Positions 8,846-18,664 of a DNA stretch of 48,757 nucleotides are shown piece by piece. Numbering within the stretch: the first letter of the stretch is position 1; each line of letters starts with the position of its first letter. The stretch spans positions 1 to 48,757 of the forward strand of contig JAADVB010000140.1 in NCBI GenBank assembly GCA_023334545.1, written 5' to 3'. The stretch is from Salisapilia sapeloensis CBS 127946. Its lineage: Eukaryota; Protista; Oomycota. The position numbers were made by a program, and so were the translations under genes. The notes beneath the pieces are model-generated. The model was not told the origin of the DNA. It ran no database searches and worked only from the letters and a program-made list of their open reading frames with translations.

Positions 8846-10720
8846 ATGGAGTTTCTCGTGCACAATACCTCGCACTCTGACCTTGTGGTGGAGCTTTCTT
8901 GGATCGATGCACCAGCGTCTACTGCGAGCTCAGATGCCGCCGCGGACTCGACTGCGACACCTAGCGTGACGGCCAAAGACGGAACGAATGTGCCATTGAC
9001 TTTCCTTGCTCGTCCTAAATTCAGTCTCTTTCAGCCGATTAGTCACTCAATCTTGAGGCAAGTCCAAAACCTTCGCTCGAATGAAGAAAAACAAAATGAC
9101 AATTCTTCGAGAAGCGCATTTACATCCGTCTCGAATGGAAATACTTCCATGAGCGTGTCTGCTCTCAAACCTAGCTTTATGGATACGACAGAAGAGTCTT
9201 CTGACACTATAGACTCAAGTCTACCAGACTGGGTAGCTTTCTGTAGCAGCACAAAAGCTCCTGTCGGTTTCCACCTCCGAAACTGCCCTATTCCAGTGAC
9301 CGATCTCCAGTCTTTTCGTGTCAGGGGTACAAGCGACTAGAACAACATCTTGTAATATCCACTAACAACCAATTACACCCTCTTAGGTGACATCGAGTCC
9401 GTGGAGCTTATCCAAAAGTACTGGGGCCGAGTTGCCATCACAGCCGTCTACTTTCCGCTCGTCGCCGTCATCATTCCGAAATGGGAACAAGTTCTCTCTC
9501 AGTTCCATTCTCGCTCTAGCAAGCAGCTCTTGTACATGATCAGTGGTGCCGGCATCCCGAGGAACTCTAGTCATTCCATGCAAGGCAATTCGACGGAAAT
9601 CACAGCGCAATTGATCACACTCTTCCTTCATCAGTGCTACCCAAGTATCGAAGTCAATCAAGTCCACTCGGGATCCAACATCTTTAGGTACGATGACAAT
9701 GTCCAGTTCATGACACGAGAGCTGCGTCCTCGGCTAGAAGCCCAGAGAGAGATCTTGGTGGAGCGGTCAGGTGAGTCTTGGAAGTCCCACTTTCACGTGA
9801 CAATTGCGTATGCGGACGGTCCGCCCGCCCGTCTAAGTGCCTTGAACGCCTCTCTGCGTATCTACCAGCCTTCCTACCTTCACGCATGGCAGTTGAAAAC
9901 ATTCTGGCATCGAAAGCAGCTTTCGATGGATGACGTCGACTTTCACTCGTTCCAAAACATTGAGGCTGCACCTAGTATATCTGTGGACGACGCAGACGAC
10001 ATGACAAAGAAACTCGTGCTGGAGATGCAAGGATTTCGAGACCAGTTTCTCAACGCAGAGCACGAAGGAGAGGTGCTGGACTTTTGGCTTCGGAAAAGCA
10101 AGAAGCCTGTGCTAGCCGTTCTGTTGATCGAGAAGCCTGGCAAGGACGGTCAAGAGTCTCAGATCGTTGTCAGTCGAGGCATGAACTGCGAAGTGTCCAT
10201 GCCAACGGGGTCTCTCTGTGCCGAGAGAAATGCCATTGGAAGTGCGCTGGCAAAGGATCCGACGCTCACTCGGCGCTCGCTCAAGATGATTGGCGTACTG
10301 GGACTCAACCTGTCGAACAGCAAAAGTAGTACGCCGAATGGAGGGAAAGAAGAAGCAAAGCAAGAAGTGGAAGAGCCTCTGGTGCCAATCACTGTGTCCG
10401 AAGCAGAAGCAGAAGCAGTGGACGATGACGAAAGTCCTGGCAGTGAAGTGGAACCTGGAAAAAGGAGGAAGAGGAGACTGATCAACATGTCTAACTCGTC
10501 GCCGCTGCGGAAACCGAAGCGACCACGAACGTTCTCCTGCGATGAAATAAGCATTGCCGGATTGCAGGATCATGCAGATGTGCACGACCGAAATCCCTTG
10601 GCTCCGTGTGGAGCATGCAAGGAGTGGCTGCTCAAGATAGCTGAAGCAAACCCTTCGTTCCGAATTGTTACGTTCGAAAGCGTCCGATGTGATAACTTTT
10701 ACATTCATCAGCTCATGTGA
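8846..10720 (+). CDS. Uncharacterised protein with a C-terminal cytidine deaminase (CDA-type Zn) domain; join(8846..9326,9387..10720)
   Basis: A phase-1 intron at 9327-9386 (gtacaag...actaac...ctcttag) joins ORFs 8732 and 9401 in frame. Deaminase motifs GMNCEVSMPTGSLCAERNAIG (CAE at ~10217) and PLAPCGACKEWL (~10604). Confidence 0.85.
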
Positions 10721-10809
10721 GGCAATAGGCTCTCTAGGGAAAATAGTACGCTCCTTCGAATCGCATCATATAGATACATGTTGATTGTTTAGCAACCTAC
10801 GCGACGCAT

Positions 10810-13224
10810 CTACAAACTAGCGAAAGTAGACGGAGAGATACATGCTGCCACTTTACTCTCGAGCGATGATAGCTCATCAGCTTGTGGCACCGCAATCTAC
10901 GCAAACAATAAATAATTATCGCTCGACGATACATGAAAAGTAGATAAGACGTGAGACGTACATCAGAAGGCACATCGTATATGAGCGTGTGCCCATTGGC
11001 ATCACCAACGATCAGGCTCTTGCCATCCGAAGTCCAGCGCACCTTGTCGATGGATTGATCGGTCACCTGCAGCTGCGCCACTGCCATCTCTGTGTCTCTC
11101 CCAACGTGCCACAAGCTCAGCACTCCTGCTCCATCCGCGACAACAAACAACGAGGCGTGGACGGGAGACCATCGGACATCACACACATATTCCGCGGACG
11201 GCTCGAAGGACACAACCGGCTCGTCCGGATGCTCTGTGCTCCAAAGCTTCACAGTCGAGTCCAAAGAAGCTGTCAGCAGTAGACCGTCGCGATGCGGAGG
11301 TACTAGCGGATGGAAATGCGCTGCTGTCACTGGACCGAAATGCGCATTGTGGGTGGCAAAAGGAGATAGGAGCACTTCCTTCGCGTCCATGTTGTTGCTT
11401 TTGGCCGATCCACTCTTGCTCTTCTGTCGATCTAAACTAGTCAAGTACAACTTACCAGCCTCTGTACCTACGTATAACTCTGGTTGCTCTCTTCGATAGA
11501 CAGAAAAGGTGGTGGACGACGCCTCTATCTTTTTGTCTGGTGCGTGTGTCGAATTCGAAGATGGGGCAGTGGTAAATGGGGAGGCTATCCGCAAGTCAAA
11601 GAGCTCCAGTGGCTGTTGTAGCTGGTTCAAATCCCATACACCAACGCGTCCATCGGTGCTCGCCGTCACCAGCCTGAATACGACACAACATTAAAAGACT
11701 TTACACACATACAATAGCAGCTATTCATACTGATGCGAAGTTTTGTTGCCGACGAACGCCATGGCGTAGATCGGATGCGTGTGGCATCCCATCGTTAAAG
11801 ACGTCTTCTGCACAGGCGCCGACTTGGCTCGCGTGTCCCACACGACAAGCTGCCCAGCGTATGTTCCACCGACGACCAGGTGACGCTCGTACGGATGGAA
11901 GCATGCGCTCATAACTTGAGATTGACAGGTGAACCGATACTCTGGTCTTGTCGGCACCATGGTTGACCACAGCAATACCAGACCTTCGGTCACAGCAGCC
12001 AGATCCGTCAGCGCCTGTGCCGAAGCCAGTGCGGTGTCCCAAGGATCTTTGTGCTCTCTCTTCAACGGCGATGAAGACGGACTAAGCATTCCGTCTTGTT
12101 CATCCGCAAGGAAGTTTTGAGCCGTATAGGAAGCTAGGATGAGCTCTGGGAAAAATGGAGAGACATCTGTGTCGGTCACAGCACGATAACGATTCCATGT
12201 GTTGTCGTACAAGTCCACTTTTTTCGTCAGTGTCTGCGTCTGATCTGCGGACACTTCCTCTGTCGGTCCATTTGCGCTGTAGTCAATGGTGACGTCAAAC
12301 TGCTCTGCACTTGCGAGAGCTCTCTCCAATATCCTTGACGTCCGGTCGAGAAAGGATCCAAATGCGTCCGATTCGAATATCGCTTTCTGCTCTTCCTCCG
12401 TCGGAGGTGGCGCCAGTGGCGGCAGCTGACTTCCAGACATGAAATCCCCAGGTATCGACTGATCTGTGTGAGATCGGTGACGAGGAGATGACGCGTCTCG
12501 ACTAGCATTGCGAGAGTGTCGGATAAGAGTTGGCGAGCGAGGAGACGCTGGCAACTCAAGGTCGAAATTGGCTGTCGCAGTTCCTTCCTACATTTTCATG
12601 TTTGTCGGCTTTAGCCAGAAAAATACAAATACAAAAGTACGGGGCGTACATTGTGGACAGAGATATCGTTCTCCAGTGTTATCTCCGTCTGTACATGCTT
12701 TGTGTACGTCTCCACGAGCGTCGGCTGGATGTGGATTTCAGCAACGTTGTTGATCTGCATCATGTAATTTAGGATCCAGAAGTGGTGAAGTACAACACAA
12801 GTCATCTTGTACTTACCGTCGAAAGTGTAGAGAGTTTCTCGGCTAGTGATATTGCCGCCAACACCTGCTTACTCTCACCTTCCTCCTGCCCTTCGTCAGT
12901 AGGTTTCGGTTCATTGGACTGCAGGATGTCCTCGATGAAGCTATTGAACTGTGCTTCGTCGTCCTGAGCACGGTTTCCACTTTCGCTTGCATCTTCTTGG
13001 GTTTTTTCTGTGCTCCTAATGAAGATACATGTGCTTAAGATACTGGTCACTGCACGATGACGCTCTTAAAGTCGCTCAAGGATAGTTTCGCGACGTATAT
13101 TGCACACCACCACATAGGCATAGCGTCTGACATACCTAATTGCGGCTTTCCGGCGGCGGATCTCCTCCAACTTTCGCCGCTTCGCTTCCAATTCGGCAGC
13201 ATGCTTTGCTCGAACCGAGTCCAT
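10810..13224 (-). CDS. DYNC1I: Cytoplasmic dynein intermediate chain (WD40); exons 13224-13136, 13015-12817, 12754-12650, 12587-11731, 11673-10962, 10896-10810
   Basis: N-terminal MDSVRAKHAAELEAKRRKLEEIRRRKAAIR coiled coil, ETYTKHVQT light-chain-binding motif, ESDAFGSFLDRTSRILERAL, and WD repeats (YRAVTDTDVSPFFPELILASY, GLVLLWS, FTCQSQVMSACFHP, HTHPIYAM, LVTASTDGRVGVW, HFGPVT, YVCDVRWSPVH). All five introns are GT-AG and phase-compatible. Confidence 0.9.
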
Positions 13225-13320
13225 AATTACTTGCGTCTGATTGTGTCGATAGCGCCTGTAAACGGAAATATCTTGCGATTTGTATGGGGGCGAGTAGCTC
13301 CCGACGAACTCCAGACGAGC

Positions 13321-14430
13321 ATGAGCATCGATCAGAGCACCCAGACGCTGCTTACTTGCCTCGTAGCGTCCATTCTGACATCAGTAGCTGTTGCTACACT
13401 TCTACCAAAGGTTTGCGAGCCTCGAGATGTCCCCACATCTTCCGAAACGACAGGAAGTGAACCAAAGCGCGGTGCCACGGTTCGTCTTGATGAGCTGAAA
13501 GACTATGAGATACCAAGCGCACTTCGTATCGATAGCTACATATCTCCAGACCATCTAAGCAACTTTAGGCACAAGTCTTTATTTGAGCGATGTATTCATA
13601 TTGTCCAAGTACTGACTGAAATCGGTCCATACTTGGATACTTTCTTTCGCATGAACAAATGGAACGCTAGTGTACCTACCTTTACACTCCAGACGCTTCT
13701 AGATGATAAAAGCCGTGATTGGAATGCTCCGAAAATGGTTGGCGCATCCTCCACCAACAGTGTCATCGTCATGGAAGGTGTAGAACCAACAACGTTTCAT
13801 CCAGACAGGATTGTTAACGAAGACCTGTCGACGACTGCCGACGATGCTCAGCACAACCTGATCGTATCCCCTGGAACAGTTGTCCTCGGTGGCACTTTTG
13901 ATCTTACCGAAGGGTCCATCCATTTGGAAGAGGCCGTTCGAATCGAGCCTGGCGTGTACATTAAAGGGCCAGCGATCATCGGTGCCAAATCTACCATTCG
14001 ATCCGGAGCTTATCTTCGTGGCAATGTTATCCTCGGAAGCCACGTTGTCGTGAGAGGAGAGATGAAGAATGCGGTTGTATTGGATTACGCAGAGCTGTGT
14101 CACCCAGGATACTGCGGTGATAGCGTATGTGGCTACAAGAGTCATTTCGGGAATCAAGTGACGACCGCCAACCTCAAGTTGATTTCAAGCAACGTCGTGT
14201 TTCAAATCAGTGGACAACGAATTGATTCCGGACTGAAAAAGATGGGCGTCGTTCTGGGCGACGAAAGTCAACTCGGCTGCTCTAGCGTGACCGATCCAGG
14301 CACAATGCTCCTGCCTCGAACGATCGCGTATCCTTTGTCTAGGTTACCACAGGGAGTCTACGGTCCAGACATGCTAATCAAGAACAACCCGTTGCGAGCT
14401 GGAGTGATGGAGACGACACCACTGAGATAG
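13321..14430 (+). CDS. GlmU-like left-handed beta-helix (hexapeptide) transferase-family protein with N-terminal hydrophobic anchor
   Basis: Hexapeptide repeats IEPGVYIKGPAIIGAKSTIRSGAYLRGNVILG, followed by EMKNAVV..HPGYCGDSVCG..HFGNQVTTANLK..KKMGVVLGD..QLGCSSVTDPGT, typical of archaeal/bacterial GlmU-like C-terminal domains. Start placed at ATG 13321 because the ORF-track extension overlaps dynein exon 1 on the antisense strand. Confidence 0.8.
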   Translation: MSIDQSTQTLLTCLVASILTSVAVATLLPKVCEPRDVPTSSETTGSEPKRGATVRLDELKDYEIPSALRIDSYISPDHLSNFRHKSLFERCIHIVQVLTEIGPYLDTFFRMNKWNASVPTFTLQTLLDDKSRDWNAPKMVGASSTNSVIVMEGVEPTTFHPDRIVNEDLSTTADDAQHNLIVSPGTVVLGGTFDLTEGSIHLEEAVRIEPGVYIKGPAIIGAKSTIRSGAYLRGNVILGSHVVVRGEMKNAVVLDYAELCHPGYCGDSVCGYKSHFGNQVTTANLKLISSNVVFQISGQRIDSGLKKMGVVLGDESQLGCSSVTDPGTMLLPRTIAYPLSRLPQGVYGPDMLIKNNPLRAGVMETTPLR

Positions 14431-14681
14431 ACATGAAGAACGGATATACATAAAGTCTGTGGAAGTCTACTTGTTCCCACAAGTATTCTTATAAACGCTA
14501 AAAGTATGTGGAAAATGTACTTTGTTCATGACTTTTGTGCAAATCACAAATTATAGATTGGCACAGAACTGGTACTTTATGTCAACAGGAATACTGAGAT
14601 ATTAGGTTCATCAAGTTAAGAGACTGGATTTCGACTGGAACTGGATAGGAAGGCAGTGAAGATCGAGTGCGGACTGGCATC

Positions 14682-15837
14682 ATGAAGACACCAACGCAAG
14701 TATCCGGTGCGTTCAGCATGGCGCTACTCACTTGAGCGTTTCCTATTAACTAGTCGAATTTTGTCGTAGTTATCCTAGTCGGCGTCCTCTTGGCGGCGGC
14801 GTTGTGGTATGCTACTGTCATGCCCTTCTGGCTCACCCAGTCGGGTGAGCGAAACGACACGATCTACTACTCCCAGGGCATCGGTATCTGGCTCAACTAC
14901 ACAGAGCATGTTGGTGACCTCGAATTTGACCCAGGCAACGCGCTGTGGATCCCCCCACAGTCCACCGATGCCCACACCTTTGCCTCTCAATGGTCTGAAC
15001 CTCCTTTTCGTTCTTCCTCTTGAATCACACTAAAATGAATTGAATGGCTGTAGCTCTCAGCAGCCAACGTTTTGCAATGACGAGGGCAATGCAACGATCC
15101 CAGGAGAGTTGTACGAGCAATACTGCGAAGTCATGCATGTGTACTGTGGCACGCCAATGCTCTTCCTACAGCTCGTTATGTCCGTCTGCTGCGGCATGGG
15201 TGCCTTAGTCGCAGTCTGGTGCTTCGTCCTCATCACCACGCGACATCGAACTGTCGTCGACCAATACCTCCTGATTCTTTGCGTCTCGCTTGGCGCTATT
15301 CTCATTGCCGTCGGCATGTTCTGGTACTTTCACGTCTTTATGCCTGTCATGGACTCGAAATTCTACGGAAACCAATACACGCGCTGCCATGAGAACTCGG
15401 ACGGCAAAAGCTGTTGGGGAATGGGCACGTCCACCTATCTCGTGCTCATATCTGCAACAGGTTACACTATACTAGGCGTCCTCGTGACGTCGGAAAGCAC
15501 CAACAAGTATCGATCGTTCAAGGTATACTTATGAAGAAAGTGAATGGCTCTATTGGCTAACTCGTTTCCTTACATCCGATAGAAATCTCTTAAACGCTTG
15601 TACGAGAACGCTGCATCCATCGACCTGCCGCCCGCCAGGGTTACTCTAGAACAGACCAGTCTTGGTCAGCACGGCCAAGCTTCAGAGCAGTCTCGGCCTG
15701 TCCAGACATTGCAGAAGACGCCTTCGAGCGTCGGTAAGAGTGGAAGAAGCAGTCGAAGGTCAAGAAACGACTCGTCTCCTGGCAAAAGCTTCAAATACGC
15801 AGCAAAAGGACCGAAAGCAGAGGAAATAGCAAAGTAA
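14682..15837 (+). CDS. Claudin/PMP22-like four-transmembrane protein; join(14682..14706,14770..14992,15054..15522,15583..15837)
   Basis: Three phase-compatible GT-AG introns join ORFs 14790, 15040 and 15598. There are four hydrophobic segments, a first loop containing W...GIGIW and several Cys, a second loop ending CWGMGTSTYL, and an S/R-rich cytoplasmic tail. Confidence 0.65.
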
Positions 15838-15895
15838 ACTATACGATAGATATCGAATATACAAATTCGCTTTTCACGATATATGTCGTCTGTTT

Positions 15896-18363
15896 TTAGT
15901 CAGTGTCATTCGATGTACAGCCTAGCCAGCCTTCGACTGCCGGATCACAGGCTTCACCAATGCCAAGCGCTATCTGCTGGCGACGATATTCTATGCTGTA
16001 GATGTTTGAAGAGCACGAAATTGGCATCATTCGGCTACTTACGCATATCCCTTCGTGCACCCGTACGCCAGCCTCACTTTTAAGTTCCACTCTGCATTGG
16101 CGATACATGACACCCTCGCAGAAATCTACAAACTCTGGTGTGAACGTGTAGAAAGAATCAAGATATGCTTGCGGAGTCGGTTGACACACAGATTTTTTAT
16201 GTACGGCGAATTGGGAGAGTGTGGACTCTGTTGCCTTCATCGAACTATTAGATATGCAAGTGGGGGGAGGAAGATTTGTCTTGTTATCACTGGTGCAGTA
16301 GGCATCGTCCAGATTACAAGTTCCTAAGAACCCGTTGCAGCACAGAGGTGTAAGAGAATAGATTGTAAGTTTGCGGAGACTTTTTAAAGGGCTCATGTCT
16401 GAAAGAGTCTCCAGACCGCGAAGAGCAACAAGCTTCATTTTCTTCAGGTTTCCGAGATTCTTGAAAGACGGTAAGCTACGCATACCCACATTTACGGCTA
16501 GTGTTAAGTCTTCAAGTTGAACTAGTCCGTCAAAAGAAGGTATTTTCTCTAAAAACAAGTGAGTTCCGAGGTGAAGGCAAATCAGAGAGCCCATGTCGTC
16601 AAAGAAGTTATCTTCGATTCTCTGCAAATGAGCTCCAAAAGGCTTTCCTTCCACTTGTCTGTAGTAATAAACTAGATTAGTAGCCTGTTGAAAATGTATA
16701 CCAAAACGGCTTGGCTTTTACAATGAGCGCAGTCTTGAAAAAGTGTTTGGCCAATATGGTAACTCAGATGTTTCGGTGTATATCAGTATCCTAGGAGCAT
16801 AATAAAGTGTTAAAAAAGATTTATACAGCCTCCTGTTTGGTGACCTACAGTTCTTCCAGGTATTTACAGTTCTTCATACTTGGAGGTAGCTTAAGCAGTC
16901 TTCGATTCATGAGCATGACATTTCTCACGTATCCAGCTTGAGAGAGAATGTCAACAGAATCGTACACATCTTTCGGGTTCGCCCACTCTTGATAGTTTTT
17001 CGGTGCACGGTAATCATCCACGATGGCAATGCAAGGACACGTTAATTCGACTCCTTCGTCTCTGTAAAAAATTGATCGGTACGCATATGCTACACACTCT
17101 GGATAATCGCCGCAAAGGTATTGTGCTAGTTGTACTCTCGCAAGTGTCGCGAGGATGATTCCTACCCCCGCGACGACAAAGAATAGAGCCAAAACCTTTG
17201 GGACTTTCTTTTGGTAGTTTATAACTTCCAGTGACCTCTTTGCTCGCATCTTACGAAGAGATTTCTGCATCAATACGTCCGTCACCCGCTTTAAGCGATA
17301 CATGAAAGCAGCGTTGCAAAAAAATTGAATTAAAAAATCGGAAACAGAATTGATACGTAGACCTTCGATCGATACACGAAATTGCGCGACATGACTTGGA
17401 CCCACATGCAAACGCGCTAGAAGCTCGAAACTTCCAGCTGGATATATTTGTGTAGCTAAGGCATGCATGTCATGGTCGAGGTGAATACCTCGGTAACAGA
17501 TCAGAAGAGTTAATATTGGGAAGCCGACTGCGATCATCATGTCAAAGACGCAGTCGATCATGACTTCTCTAAAGGCAGAAATGTGCCTCCCTCGTAAGAT
17601 TATAGAGGCATATGATAGACAGTTGAGTGTAATTAGAGCAGTACAAGCGCACAATACTTCTACTGGAAACCCACCCTCCATCATCCTTATGAGCGTAATA
17701 TACTCCATAATCAAGTCCCCCACTTTAGTTACGGTGTTCTATAAAACCAAGAATTAGATCATGATGCATACGCACTATGGTAGCTGTCGAGTATACCCAA
17801 ATCTTGCGATATTTGCCTTCGTAGCCAGTGACGTCCTTCCATACACATTTAAACCATAATGCAGATCCAGTCGACGTCATAATCGCAATAAATTTTGGCT
17901 GGGACAATTCCAAACGTTTGCAAGATTTTTCCTCCTCGGCAATAATACGCCTGGAACGATAGAAGATGATCGCATAGACAACATACCAGTAGAAACAAGC
18001 AATAATGGAAAAGCAGCCTGCAGTTACTCCGACAAGTACTGGTGATGCGGTTGAGAGTAGCCAAAAGTTTCCGTCATCATATTCTGCGGTCTTCATGAGA
18101 TAGTTTACTGTTTCATTTGGAGCAACGTTTAAAGCGATGATCAGCGTTGACCACAATGCTGATACTGTTGCGACGATGAAGATGGCGTAGCCGTAGAAGC
18201 CAAACACTTCTCGAAAACTAAGATGCTTGATAGTCACCAATCTGCTACCTTGCTTGTTTTTACGCTCCGGCAGAATTTTGCGAGTGGTTCCTTTGGCTTT
18301 TGAAGTGACCCCGTCAGCCTTTGGGCCAGTGGCAGTCGGACCAACTAGCTTTGGGCCTTCCAT
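15896..18363 (-). CDS. Oomycete multi-TM + leucine-rich repeat protein with C-terminal WLGC motif; exons 18363-17797, 17738-16849, 16790-16722, 16658-15896
   Basis: Splicing gives KYRKIW|NTVTKVGDL, YLEEL|ILIYTETSELPYWPNTFSRLRSL|QVEGKP. LRRs LEKIPSFDGLVQLEDLTL, MRSLPSFKNLGNLKKMKL and LETLSDMSPLKSLRKLTI. Cys-rich end GEACDPAVEGWLGC. The 69-nt exon 3 is absent from the ORF track. Confidence 0.85.
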
Positions 18364-18664
18364 GCTCAATCGTTCAGAACTATAATTCAAGTGTGAAGGC
18401 TATTCTATTCTTAGGATCTTCATGTCCCAATCTACTTGAAGGGAAGTTGATGCGAAGGATGATGAAAAAGTAGTTGTGATCCTGTATAGTCGATTTCCAG
18501 CTGTTCGAGGTGTCTAGCTTGTGTACCACTGCTGCATCGGTGGTACATGCCAACTTTCCACTTAATTTCACTATGACCTTCCCGGATCTATTTCTGCATC
18601 CTGAAGAGGCAATCGACAAGCCAGCATAAGATATTTGTTCAACCTCATCGCAGTCTAGAGCTAG

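Noticed and set aside
13057-13320. 88-aa N-terminal extension of the GlmU-like ORF in the ORF track
   Set aside because: It is the antisense of dynein intermediate chain exon 1 and intron 1. The hydrophobic anchor begins right after ATG 13321.
14451-14528. Imperfect ~28-bp direct repeat and short hairpin (tgtggaa...ttcccaca) downstream of the GlmU-like gene
   Set aside because: Only two degenerate copies. Not a CRISPR array, and no terminal inverted repeats or target-site duplication indicating a MITE.
14620-14680. Four ACTGG(A) copies upstream of the claudin-like gene
   Set aside because: Too short to distinguish from chance without genome-wide motif statistics.
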